From Fistulifera solaris (taxonomy: Eukaryota), in assembly GCA_030295235.1 (NCBI GenBank), contig AP026138.1:372001-436000 (forward strand): a DNA stretch of 64,000 nucleotides, written 5' to 3'. The notes beneath the pieces are model-generated. The model saw only the letters and a list, made by a program, of their open reading frames with translations. It had not been told where the DNA came from and did not search any database. Position numbers and translations under genes: made by a program. Shown here piece after piece: positions 38,784 through 50,102 of the stretch; position 1 is the first letter of the stretch, and each line of letters opens with the position of its first letter.

Positions 38784-39902
38784 ATGAATCGTCATCTCGC
38801 CGAATTGGACTTGCACGGTCTCACCAGAGAAAAGGCGATCCGTGCCGTGACCGATTTCATGGAAGACAACAAACGAAAGCACGTGCGGATCATTACGGGT
38901 ACCGGAAGTCACTCGACGCACGGTCCGGTGTTACGCACGGCGGTCGAAAGTTTGTTGACCCGCCGGAAGATGCAGTTTCAAAAAGATAGTGCGGGGAGTT
39001 TTTTGGTGAATTGTGCGTCGGGAGACACCTTTTATCCTCCGGAATCACCCCAAGATACCAAATTGCTCGTGGTCGCATCGGCCGTTCCGCCGCCCCCGCC
39101 CATTCAACGCGCGGTCTCCATTCCGCAATCGTCGTACAGCATTCCTCCCACGCGGACCCGCCGCGTCGTGTCGACGACCCGGATTCGCAATGCCGATGGG
39201 AGTATGGAGGAAACCACGTCCATGGAAGAATTGATTACGAACCAAAACGAGGAGGAGCAAGTGTACGCGGAATGCACGTACGCCGATGAGGCGTATTCGG
39301 CTCCCTGGTTGACGGCCGCAAAGCAGACGGGAGAATCCGATTATTACAAAGCATTAGAGGGTTCGTTGGAAGATTATCGCTTGCAAACCAAGACGAGTGA
39401 GCAGGATTCGGACGAACTGGATAAGGTGTTGCAATTGTCGTTAAAAGCGCACGAGGAACAAGAAATGAGACGAAAAGAGCAAGAACGAGCCGAACTGGAA
39501 AAAGCGATTCAATTATCCGAAAAGATTGCCGCAGAACAAAGGCAAAGGAATGTGATGGAGACCGACGAAGACAAACTATTCCTTATGGCGCTGGAACGCT
39601 CGAAATCGGATACCCAATACAAGTCGGTCGCTGCAGCGGAAGAGGAAGACGAAGAATTGAAGCGGATACTGGAGCTTTCGAAACAAGAAGCACAAATGCT
39701 GCCTCTGGAGCAAGACGACGAAGAGGAATTGCTGCGGAAAATTCTCGAAGAATCCAAGGCCCTGTCACGCAGCGAAACTCTTCCCGATCGCGAACTGGAA
39801 GACGCGATTCGACGTGCGATGGAACAATCACTAGAAGAAGAACGAAAGCAACGGGAAGAAGAGGAATTGTTGCAACAAGTGTTACGAATGAGTATGAGAT
39901 AG
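38784..39902 (+). CDS. Smr-domain protein with a C-terminal array of UIM-like motifs
   Basis: ELDLHGLT...VRIITGTGSHS...GPVLR (Smr), followed by repeated acidic-L-x-x-[A/V/I]-L-x-x-S helices. Confidence 0.85.
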   Translation: MNRHLAELDLHGLTREKAIRAVTDFMEDNKRKHVRIITGTGSHSTHGPVLRTAVESLLTRRKMQFQKDSAGSFLVNCASGDTFYPPESPQDTKLLVVASAVPPPPPIQRAVSIPQSSYSIPPTRTRRVVSTTRIRNADGSMEETTSMEELITNQNEEEQVYAECTYADEAYSAPWLTAAKQTGESDYYKALEGSLEDYRLQTKTSEQDSDELDKVLQLSLKAHEEQEMRRKEQERAELEKAIQLSEKIAAEQRQRNVMETDEDKLFLMALERSKSDTQYKSVAAAEEEDEELKRILELSKQEAQMLPLEQDDEEELLRKILEESKALSRSETLPDRELEDAIRRAMEQSLEEERKQREEEELLQQVLRMSMR

Positions 39903-40307
39903 TCGGAAAAAACTTTCTTTTCTTTCTTTGGGTGCTCGGCATAACCTAAATTCACTATCATTTTAGTGAATACCTAACAAATAGATATGTGTCCTTTGTT
40001 CAATATTTTATAGTCACTTCAGGTAGAGACTCATTTTGTAGTCATCCTATTGTTCTTGGTTAGCTGAAACGTCGTGCATCGATAGTTGCACCCGGTAGCC
40101 CTAGCTCTATGCACTTTTACACTTACAAAATTTCTGTGGAAACGTTTTGATGACGACGCGTATGACGACGTTATTACTCGTATACAAAACGAGAAAACAA
40201 AAAAATTAACAAAAAACAACTCATTCACAACGAAAGAAGTCAACAATACGAAAGGAAAATCTGATTAGAGTAATCATATCAATCACAAACGCCTTTTCGA
40301 CGTTCAA

Positions 40308-41620
40308 ATGGTTCGACTGAATCTTATATGTTGCACCTTGCTAGCGAATGGTCTATTCTTTCTCGGCCAAGGTTTCGCACTGGCTTTCTCTCCTTCTGTC
40401 TCCTCGATCCGCTCGAACGGTGTCGCCCTTTTCGCTACCGAAACATCGCAACAGTTGCAAAGCAGTGTTGATCAGCTGAAAAAGGTATTAGCGCGAGAAT
40501 ATGTGTCGTTCTTTAATCCAATGGAGAAACAATACTACAGCTCGGATGTCACATTCCAAGATCCGTTAACGTCGCTGGCCGGTATTGACAAATATCAAGA
40601 CAATGTCGACATGTTGTCGGGTCGAACTTTGTTAGGATCAATCTTATTCTCCGATGCCAGCATCAATTTACATTCGGTGAAAGGTGGTGACATTTCCGTG
40701 GATTCACAGGGGACCACCCAGATCTCTGACATTGTCACGCGTTGGACCTTGCGCTTTTGCTTTAAAGCTCTGCCCTGGAAGCCGACAGCACGGTTTTCGG
40801 GGATTTCCGTCTATCAAGTGCGAACTGGTGGATCCGAAGGAGTGCAGATTGTTCAACAGAACGATTATTGGGACTCCATCAACTTGCAATCCGATGGGAC
40901 GTACCGAGCAGTCGACAAATCGGTGGGCTTGTCCGATTTTTTGGATCAGCTGAAACCAAGCGATATCAATGCTCCATCGGCTGGACCGGAACTGCCGTTT
41001 GAGCTTTTGAGACGAGGCAATGGATATGAGGTACGACGATATCCGCAATATAGTGCTGCTAAACTAGCATACGAGAGACGCGATGAAGGATACAGTATTT
41101 TGGGGAGTTTTTGCAAAGGTAAGACGATCATTACCACTAGTTGTGTAGAATCTAAATTAAGGTGCTTGCCGTATTCGTGCGGTGACTCACAAGTATGCCT
41201 CTTTCGCCATTGTACATCAGGTCTTCAACCAATGGCACCAGCCATACTTACTGTTGATTCGCAAAAGGACCAAAAATCCATGATGTGGCCCCTGACGTTT
41301 GCTCGACCAGGGCAAACGTTTGAAGTCCCGCCTACGAACAATCGAGAAGGACGAGGTGTAGAGATGGTTGTGATGCCGTCATCCGTCGTTGCCGTAGCCC
41401 GGTTTTCCGATGCGAGTGTGGAACCAGTGGTACGAAAAGCGACCAACTTGCTTCGCAATGCGTGCGAACGTGACGGCTTAAAGCTGACCAGGAGTGAAGC
41501 TCTGCAGTTTTGTCAATACGATGCCATTTTTAGTATGGGAAAGCGAAGGGGTGAAGTTTGGATCCCCTCTCGATGATGACAATCCGTGGAACCAAAGCGC
41601 GGATACGTTGAAATAATAGT
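40308..41620 (+). CDS. Plastid-targeted SnoaL-like (DUF2358) plus SOUL haem-binding protein
   Basis: ALA-FSP presequence; YSSDVTFQDPL...RWTLRF...QNDYWDS; then GYEVRRYP...VAVARFS...QYD...RRGEVWIP. Intron at about 41119-41220; indel near 41570, so the 3' end is approximate. Confidence 0.75.
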
Positions 41621-41806
41621 CGTTTGAGTATTAAAAATAGGGCCAGGCAATGTTAATTAGTAGCAAACATATTGTAGAACAGGGTTGCACTCATTTTTAG
41701 CGAACAATGATCTTGATAAGTATCGAATTAGCCAATTAGTAGTGTTGACGACGCTTAAAAAACCCACCCTGAGTAGATCCACGTTTAGAGAGGCATTACT
41801 ATCCAA

Positions 41807-42526
41807 CTACCCTCGCTGAATACGAATGCTATTGACCCCTCCAATTCTCTTTGAATTCCAGGAAGACTCATTGTGCTCGTCCTCATTGTCGTATTCCTCT
41901 TCCTCTTTGTGCAGTACATTGTGCGCCACCAATAAACGAACCAAAGCCGACGTAGGAAAGTCAGGAGTCCCACCCAGCTCATCGAAACCACGAACATGAT
42001 GAACAGCTTTTCGTTTGTGAATGAGGACCAGCGTTGGCATGACAATAATGCCCAGTTTCTCCACCAAATACGAAGCCCCTATTCCATCTTCTTTGTCGCA
42101 ATCTTCCACATTTATCCGAACAAATCTGGATTCTAAGTGCTTATAAGCAATTTGTTGTAAATGCTTGTGAAAGACGTCCGACAAAGCGGTGGATGGCCGA
42201 TAGAAATGAACAATGACGCGATCCGATTCCTTTGTCACGCGGAAAAACTCTTGAGCCACGTCTCGGCTATCCTGACGCGATGCCGCCAGCTCTTCGTAAC
42301 TCCCGTGTCCAGCAGCACGCCATTGCTTCTCCTGTGAATGCTTCTGTTGAAGTTCCTGTAATCGATTGGCACGAAATTTGGAGAGCGCTTCCTCGTCATT
42401 GAGAAGGTCGTCGAATTGATCGAGCTGGTCGTCTACGGTGGATTCTTGCACCTGTGCGACTTTAAGTAAAACGGAAGCCGCTGCGCTTCCGACACGTTGA
42501 TTGGCGTTTCCGAAACCGAGATCCAT
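41807..42526 (-). CDS. TXNDC9: Phosducin-like / thioredoxin domain-containing protein 9
   Basis: GHGSYEEL, SDRVIVHFYR, YLVEKLGIIVMPTLVL and VRGFDELGG. Confidence 0.85.
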   Translation of the reverse strand: MDLGFGNANQRVGSAAASVLLKVAQVQESTVDDQLDQFDDLLNDEEALSKFRANRLQELQQKHSQEKQWRAAGHGSYEELAASRQDSRDVAQEFFRVTKESDRVIVHFYRPSTALSDVFHKHLQQIAYKHLESRFVRINVEDCDKEDGIGASYLVEKLGIIVMPTLVLIHKRKAVHHVRGFDELGGTPDFPTSALVRLLVAHNVLHKEEEEYDNEDEHNESSWNSKRIGGVNSIRIQRG

Positions 42527-43474
42527 TGTTTGTGAAAGCTCTTTGCTAAACTGTCAATGATAAGTTGTATTGAAACTTCAAACGAAATAAAAAAAATGGA
42601 ATGCGTGAAGCAGCGCAAAAACTCGTCCGCGTTTGGTTTTGGCGGTGGCAAATACGGACGGTATGGTAGCGTGTCAGACTGTCGTCGTAGCAACATTAGC
42701 AAATAACTACTTGGATACCGGTAAGATCGACATAATGTCACTTTTTCTTTCCCTTTCGGAAATTTTGAATAGTGAAGAATGGCCTGCGCGCTATGTGACA
42801 GACGGCCTGTCGTGATCTGTTGGCATTTTATTGTAGTCTGTATAGATCAGAATGTATCACAACGGCCTAAATAGAAGTTAACAATGACCATGAATGTACT
42901 TTTTCGTCCTCGTCATGGCCGCACCGCAAAAACATGATGCCCGCGGTGAATTTCGGGCGCCGCAGAGAAACTTCACCGTGACATGGAGCGCACGATCGTT
43001 CTCGAATTCCGTACCTGGTAAGCGGTTGCAAGAGATTAATAACAATCATATCATTGCAACAAATCCATTGCTTTGGTTCAAAAGGTGCTTGATTTGAACG
43101 AGAAACGGCCGGTCGTAAATTGGGAAGAATATTTTGTTTAGAGCAAAAGGTAAGCCATTTTTGTTTGAATGACTCCAGTCCTGGTTTTCTGGTGCGGCTC
43201 GTTCGGGGAGCTTTGTCACTTTGCGTAGTGCATATATTCGCTCAGTAAACAGAGATTTCCCGCAAAAGTTGAGAACGTATTTACCTTATAGTTGTAAATG
43301 CTCCTGCATTTCGGATCTGATGGAAAAAATGACAAGGGAACGTTACGTGCGGACTTTGTTGCTCTTGATGCGGTTTCGCTGTTAGATTATATCCCCGTCA
43401 CTTTCGTTCCCTGCTACTTTTTTCTAAATGCTTACTGATTTTTCTTTGTGACACAGTTTTGATTTATCTTGAAT

Positions 43475-44856
43475 ATGGAAAACACAAGTGCGCAACGACT
43501 TTTACCGACTAATTTTCCATCGCCGCAATCGTTGAGCGTTCCTGAGCTGTCTCTCAGTACTCTTATGGCGAACAACGTGCACCAACGAGATCCTTCTAGC
43601 TCGCAATTTTTCTCGCAACTAATGGCTTCGCAAACACGCACGTCGCTCCAGCGAGCGTCGTCTCTAACTTCTACGACAGGAGTCGCGCCCCTCCAGCGAG
43701 CGTCATCCTTTACGTCTGGAGTCGCGTCTCATTCGACTGTAGCTTCTTCGCCATCCACACCGCTTTCCGGCTCCTCTGGATTCAGTTCCAACCGCCTTAG
43801 TTTTGCCACACGGCAGTTGAATCAATATGGCGCATTTTCGCCCGGTGATTCTATCATCCCTTCGCCGAATGGCCTTCAAAGCTCGCTGCCCGCGCGAGGA
43901 TTACAGAATGGCTTTACGGCGTCCGCTTCTGTGAGCTCATCGACACCGCTTCGTCGGTCACGTCGATTAGCTCGCGCAGGGGACGCCCTTCCGACGAAGT
44001 TGATCATTCTCCTGTTACAAGCTTGCCTCGCAAACGCAAACCAGCAACAAGTCCCAAAAAGACGTCGTCTCGAAAGCGACAAAAAGTTTTGAAAGAACCT
44101 CCGTCAAGCTCCCCGCTTTCGCTCGACGATTTAGACAAGAAGCCTTCAGCGGTTGAGAGCACGTGCACTATTTGCCTGTGTGAACCTGACAAAGAGGAAG
44201 TCTCCGCTCTTGATGGTTGCAACCATCTGTTTTGCTTCTCTTGTATTGAAAAGTGGTCCGAACGGGAGAACTCGTGTCCCCTTTGCAAGTGCCGCTTCTC
44301 TCGTATCACGCGACTGAACCCACCGCGGCGGCGCAAAGGTGCATCCAGCCGAAATACGAAGAAAGTCAAGACACGTGATCAACGCGCCGACATGCCCACC
44401 AGCGCGGCTATAGAGGGATTGCTGGCAAGCTTGGCGCAAGGGTCCGGTTCGACTCGACTAGGGCGAATGTTTGCTACGCAACTGTCTGTTCCCGTTGTTC
44501 GAAATCGCACGTCACGCGCAAACGCCTCTACCAGTTCTGGACGGTATGGAGTGACTATGATTCATCCTTCGATGAATTTGGAAGATGATGAAGATACGAG
44601 TCTGCTTGGCTTCATGCAAGCTGTTCTTCGATCACACCGTGAAGGTCATCATGGCGACATTCCAGGCGAATTGCACGTCTTTCCTGCGGGGGGAAGTGTG
44701 TTCTCCGGCTTTGGTGTTTCAAGCTCGTCCTCTTTCGCGAGAACCGCCCGTTCCCATGCTTCAAATGCAAACGATGTTTCGGCTGGACGAGCCCCTGACA
44801 ACCCCTTGGAGATTGACGATAGCGACGACGAAGTAGAGCTAATTCATATTGCATGA
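43475..44856 (+). CDS. RING finger (C3HC4) protein, probable E3 ligase (frameshift near 44020)
   Basis: CTICL...CNHLFCFSCIEKWSERENSCPLCK, with a Ser-rich N-terminal ORF in an overlapping frame and a C-terminal PLEIDDSDDEVELI. Confidence 0.75.
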
Positions 44857-45025
44857 AGAAGGTGCTACGGTAGATGGAGTCGTGTTGCACTTTTGGGCTG
44901 GCATTCATGTGAGAGCTAGATGCGCGCGTGAGATGGGTAAAGCGGTTTGCGGTCGACGAAAGTAACACGTAATGCTATAACCCAAAGCTTTTGTTAGTTT
45001 TACTTGCACTCATTAGTTGCTTAAT

Positions 45026-46393
45026 CTAGAAAATCTTTGTGTACTGTCCTTTCTGCAAATAGGCAACTGGCTTCTGGCCTCCTGCCATGATCCATTTGTC
45101 TAACTCGATCTTCGCAACCCCGGTGCTCGCGATTTGTTCTACAACGACACCTTCTCCATACTGGGTGCTGACCTTATCTCCTACCCGCGCCCAAGCACTT
45201 CCTTTGGCGACTTGACTATGCGCGTCTGCTTCGTCAGCTGCGGCCAGAGCGTTCTGAGTGACGCCCATTTTGTCGAGAATTCCATACACAACTTTTTCGA
45301 GATTGAGAGTGTAGAAATGAAGAACGGGTGTGGTTTTCGAATCTATCAAACCTTGACACATTTCGGCACCGAATGTGACGCCGAATTCTTTCACCGCTTC
45401 CGCATCGTCTTTGATGGCTTCCATCTTTTCGTCCAAGAACTGCGGAACTCGAGTCTTGCAAAATTGTGTCATCTTTCGGAAGCCAGCATAAGCGTTGATG
45501 CACATGATCCCTGGAACAATCGGACACTGAATTCCCCATTTGCGACAGTCGGCAACGAATGTTGTAAAAATGGTGACATCAAAGAACATTTGTGTGATTA
45601 TGAAATCTGGAAGTGGGCGGGAAAATGGTGAGTGTTTCCGTATTATTGATGGACTTCAATGAAAGTGTAACGAACCTGCTCCCGCATCCACTTTCTGCTT
45701 CAAATAATCCATCTCTTTCTTGTAATCAGCTTCTAAGCAGCAGTATGTTTTCCCATCAAAATGGCTCGACCGGGCTAGTTCTTCAGGTGTCAATGTAGAC
45801 GGGTCGGCGATTTCGGTAATAGCATTGGGGTGACCTTCGGGATATCCAGCAACCGAAATACCGAAATCATCACCAAATTTCTCCCGAATAAACTTTACCA
45901 GATCCAAGGCACAGTGAAAACCTCCTTCGGCCGCTTTCCATTCAGTCTCACCGGCCGGTGGGTCTCCACGCAACGCCACAATGTTCCGGATGCCACCCTC
46001 CTTCGCCGTCTGCAACGCTTTGTAAATGGCTTCCTTTGGATCGACATTACCCAAATTGGTGCAAGTCATGTGCAGATTCGCCAAATGGCCCGTTTTCTGT
46101 GCATGCAGAGCGAGATCGAGACTGAGTTCCGCCGTACTTCCTCCGGCACCCCACGTCATATCGGTAAACGCCGGACTCAAGACATTCTTCATACGATCCA
46201 TGCGACTGTGTAGATTCTAAAGCAAAATCGTGAGAATATAATATTGTAGATAATACAGTCCGCCTATCGCCTACCCACAATGAATGATGCGACACACCTG
46301 GACACCGACATCGCTTCGCGGCGGAAAATATTCTAAGGAAATCAGAGGCTTATCACCGTCGTGGTTTGTAAGAATGTCAATAATCTTTGTCAT
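45026..46393 (-). CDS. MTHFR: Methylenetetrahydrofolate reductase (3 exons)
   Basis: ISLEYFPPRS, DMTWGAGGST, HMTC, NIVALRGDPP, VAGYPEGH, KVDAGA, FIITQMFFD and HFYTLN. Confidence 0.95.
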
Positions 46394-46768
46394 ATTTGCT
46401 TTCTGTGTTATCAGTCGGATAAGAAGCGGATGAATTTAATGCTTTTTGTCGAATGTCCAATGCCGGTAGAAAGGAAAAAATGGGGAACCGTCGCGTCTTC
46501 AATCATCTCGTCGTCATCAGTGTGTGTGCTCGCGTTATTCTGTCTTCCACTCAAAAAGTACAGTCTACAGCACTGCACGTTCTATATCAAACAACCCGGA
46601 TATTAGATCGTGAATGAATGAACCATCAGTCGTGGTTGGATCGAACTTTGCCTATACACGAATTATGAACGCGCATATATCATAGCGAACATCCCTGACA
46701 ACCAGATGATGTGTCAAGCAAAATACTGCATTTATTACTTTTAATATGAAATCTTTTATCTAAGTCTC

Positions 46769-47802
46769 TTATCTAGATTCGAACGGCAACGAGCCGTCCG
46801 ATTCTCCTAAAATGCGTGACAGTATCGCTGTTTGAACTTGATCGTAAGCATCCAACGCACCCAATGCTTCTAAATTTCGCAAGCCCTGATCATTGAGTCC
46901 TCCCGGAGTTTGTTCGGCAATGAGTTGATCGAATCCGTTCGGGTCCTTTTGTACTTGTACGGCATCCTGTACCATTGAGTCGTACAAACGACCGACGAGG
47001 AAACTCGCTTGATCGCGATCCAGGCCGTGACGCACCAAAAACTCCCGATTGTTGCGCAAAACGCCATAGAACGATCCCATCAGACATGTCGTGACCATGA
47101 GAGCCGACATTTGTTGCGCATCACGTGCCTGGACACAACCACCGAGGGCTTCGCACAGCTCCGTCAGAATCGGTGGATCTTTCTGTGTGGGAGTCAATAA
47201 CAGACATATGCCATTACATCGAGCGACAGCTGGCAAACAAATCATTTTGAACACGCGTTCGGGAGGCAACTGGGCGTCACGGCAAAGGTCTTCGATGGTG
47301 GATGTGGAAACCAGTGACACGAGTGTGTGTCGATGGGCATCGAATTTTAACTTTTGCAAGACAGATGAAGTTTGCTCCGGTAAGACACAAAGAAAAATGA
47401 TATCCGCCGTGTCGACGACTTGTTGATTGTCATCGTGAATCGACACCAAATCAGGGAACGATTTTTGCAAAGCCGAAGAACGTTTCTCGGATCTGCGCGA
47501 AACAGCCAAATAGGATATCGGTACACTTTGTTGCGTCGCTAGACCTGTAGCGATTGCGGAAGCAATCGTTCCAAAAGCCCACAAAAACCGATCCGTTGAG
47601 GTGTTAGGGAGGTGCCTAGAGAGGTGCTTTCGCTGTCGTCGGACGATGAATGATAAAGGGTTATGAATTCCGTTTCCGGAGGGGACATTATTTGTGGGCG
47701 AAGTAAGGTTCGTGTATGAATGTGAAAGGCGTCTTGTTGAGGAACGAATGATGCTAATAAAAGAGCCAGAAAAGCGTATGATGAGCTTATCAGAGGAGTC
47801 AT
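46769..47802 (-). CDS. Pyrroline-5-carboxylate reductase-like NAD(P)-dependent oxidoreductase (frameshift near 47580)
   Basis: RIGF...GTIASAI, DNQQVVDTADIIFLCVLP and EQTPGGLNDQG; the N-terminus resembles a signal/plastid presequence in the upstream frame. Confidence 0.75.
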
Positions 47803-48081
47803 GGTCGAAACGTATCGAAATCTTCTGCATTTGTTTTTCTTTTTTCGTTTTTACTCCGTATTTTTTTTTCGAGGGTTTTGGTGGAGGCGAAAAGTTGAAG
47901 TTCCGATGTCGGATACTGTCGCTCGTACCGGCACTCGACGTAGGACGTAGGAGCTATAGGTTTGTTGTTTGCTGACCTATACTACCCAGAACCTCTTTTT
48001 TAGCCAAGCAAGTATAGTGTATGGGAATTCTATTTTACAAGTTATGAGTGGCAGTTAAGATCAAAAAGACTGAAAAGCTTT

Positions 48082-49245
48082 TCAGTCTTGACTTTCCGTG
48101 AAGCGCTGGAATTCCAGCTCTTTGGGGAGCAGGCGAGCGGCTCCTCGTTCCGCTAGGTATTTGCACCAGTCGCCATACTGTGCAGGACGCGCATAGTCCA
48201 ATGGTGTGAACCCTCTCTTGTCTTTGGTGTATAATAAGTCGGGGCAAGCGTCGAGTAGCTCATCGATCACTTGAAAGTTGGGACTCGAAGTCCAGCACGC
48301 ATCGTGCAAGGAGGTTCTTCCGTAATCACAACACACTTTGCAGCTGAGACCGGCCTCCTTCAACAGAAATTGAACAATTTCCAGAGATCCTCTCCGACAC
48401 GCCGTGTGAATAATCGAATCGCCAAATTTGTTCGCACATTGCAACTGTCGACCGGCTTTGTAAAAGTCTCGCAAGGTCGGGAGATCGTTCTCGCGCAAAG
48501 CTTTTATCACATCCATTTCGTAAGCTTTGACCACATCCTCCGTGACTTCGACAAAGAAGCCTTTCATATTGAGTGCGTCAAACGTTTCGTACACGTATCC
48601 CGCCTGCTCTATCATTGTTTTGAGTACAGAATCGGGCTTGGGTGCGGTAGTTGTTGCAGCGCGAGGCGACTGGTGTATGCAGGTAAGGCCGTCGCTGATT
48701 TTGGGCATAGATGTAGTCAGTCGGGAGCTTTTGAACGCGTGTAATTTTGCGCGATGCGCTATGGCCGCAGATTCAGAAGCGAGTGAAGCAGTGGAGGCGC
48801 TGTGCATGACTTTTTGTGAGGCAAGCTCGATGGCGCGGTTCAACACGCTATGCGGTACTGCGACGCCAAAGTTGGCCTTTTTCAGAGCTCGGGACGCCAT
48901 GTTGTCGGCTTCTTCGTCAGAGCTACTGGTATCGGATTCATCGGAAAGGGAGGAACCGCACGATAAAGTATCGGCCCGAGGCTGCTTACGTCTCATGTTT
49001 TCCACTAATTGCTCGACGGCCAGCCGCCTCTTTCGCGCCGCTACGGAAGGATCCATCGCTGTACCAGTTGGCTGAAAGTCGGGTAGACTGGCATTGCGAT
49101 ACATCATCCGCGCAATATTGTGGCTAGCAGCTTTTAATGGTTCCAACAGCAATGGTGTTGCCGCCGAAGTGCGCAAGTCATGGAGTGAAACTATACGGCG
49201 TATTATTATTTCAAGACCGAATGCGAGTGGTGTGACATGTGGCAT
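48082..49245 (-). CDS. Ankyrin-repeat protein
   Basis: NKFGDSIIHTACRRG, DYGRTSLHDACW and DKRGFTPLDY. The start is probably downstream of 49245. Confidence 0.8.
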   Translation of the reverse strand: MPHVTPLAFGLEIIIRRIVSLHDLRTSAATPLLLEPLKAASHNIARMMYRNASLPDFQPTGTAMDPSVAARKRRLAVEQLVENMRRKQPRADTLSCGSSLSDESDTSSSDEEADNMASRALKKANFGVAVPHSVLNRAIELASQKVMHSASTASLASESAAIAHRAKLHAFKSSRLTTSMPKISDGLTCIHQSPRAATTTAPKPDSVLKTMIEQAGYVYETFDALNMKGFFVEVTEDVVKAYEMDVIKALRENDLPTLRDFYKAGRQLQCANKFGDSIIHTACRRGSLEIVQFLLKEAGLSCKVCCDYGRTSLHDACWTSSPNFQVIDELLDACPDLLYTKDKRGFTPLDYARPAQYGDWCKYLAERGAARLLPKELEFQRFTESQD

Positions 49246-50102
49246 GGAACACGTAGCTCACAAACTATCGAACTATCGTTTGAACTGTACGGAAAACGTT
49301 TGGCCTTTCCTTTTGTTGCTGGATCGACCGCCGAACCAACCGAACGCCGACAAACCCATCGGCAGATGGTTGTTATACACTGTAACTTATAGCTCAATTC
49401 TGACTATGCAAGAGATAGAGAAAATTGCATGCCGAAAGATGGAAGCCATCCGAACAGATGTAAGACCGATGTTAAAGTTCCCTACGAAACGTTCCGAACT
49501 TTATCTATAGGTCTACAGTCAGCCATCAGTAGTAATACGAGACCCGAGAGAAAAGCTAATCGATGCAGCGTATCATCTATTGCCCTCGGGCTGTAAGACG
49601 GATGACGACGAGCACGTCAAACTTCGGGAGGGCCATAATCCAGGAAGCGAAGTTTCCCACGTAAGCACGTAAGCAAGCTTTCTTTGTTGCGGATCGTAGA
49701 TTGGTCTGACGTCGACCAAGCAGATGACCAACAAGCAGAAGCAGGATTCCTCCGCGATGCGAACGAGCGAATGCCGATGGGAGGGATAATACTCCGTTTA
49801 GGGTTATAAGACGGAACGTTCACGACGAAAAACTAGGATGGCTGGTCTAGAGACTTTAGACCAAATTGCAAAGATAATTACTCAGTCTTTTAAGTTACAG
49901 TCGAGCGTAGCATTTGATGCTCCGAATAACTCACAATGTAAATAGAGTACCAGAAGGGAAAAGAAACAGCTAGGCAAGTGATGTAACTCATGTTACACTG
50001 CTCTTTAGTCGTTTGCGTTAAACACTAGACTACGAAGACTATCGATTGCGTTTTTTAGAGAAATCTTCTCTAATAATCATGACGTGGAAGACGAAGCGCT
50101 TA

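Noticed and set aside
49610..49715. ACGT-core motifs (cacgtca, cacgtaagcacgtaag, tgacgtc) upstream of the ankyrin gene
   Set aside because: Far from an uncertain start codon and heterogeneous; not distinguishable from background without statistics.
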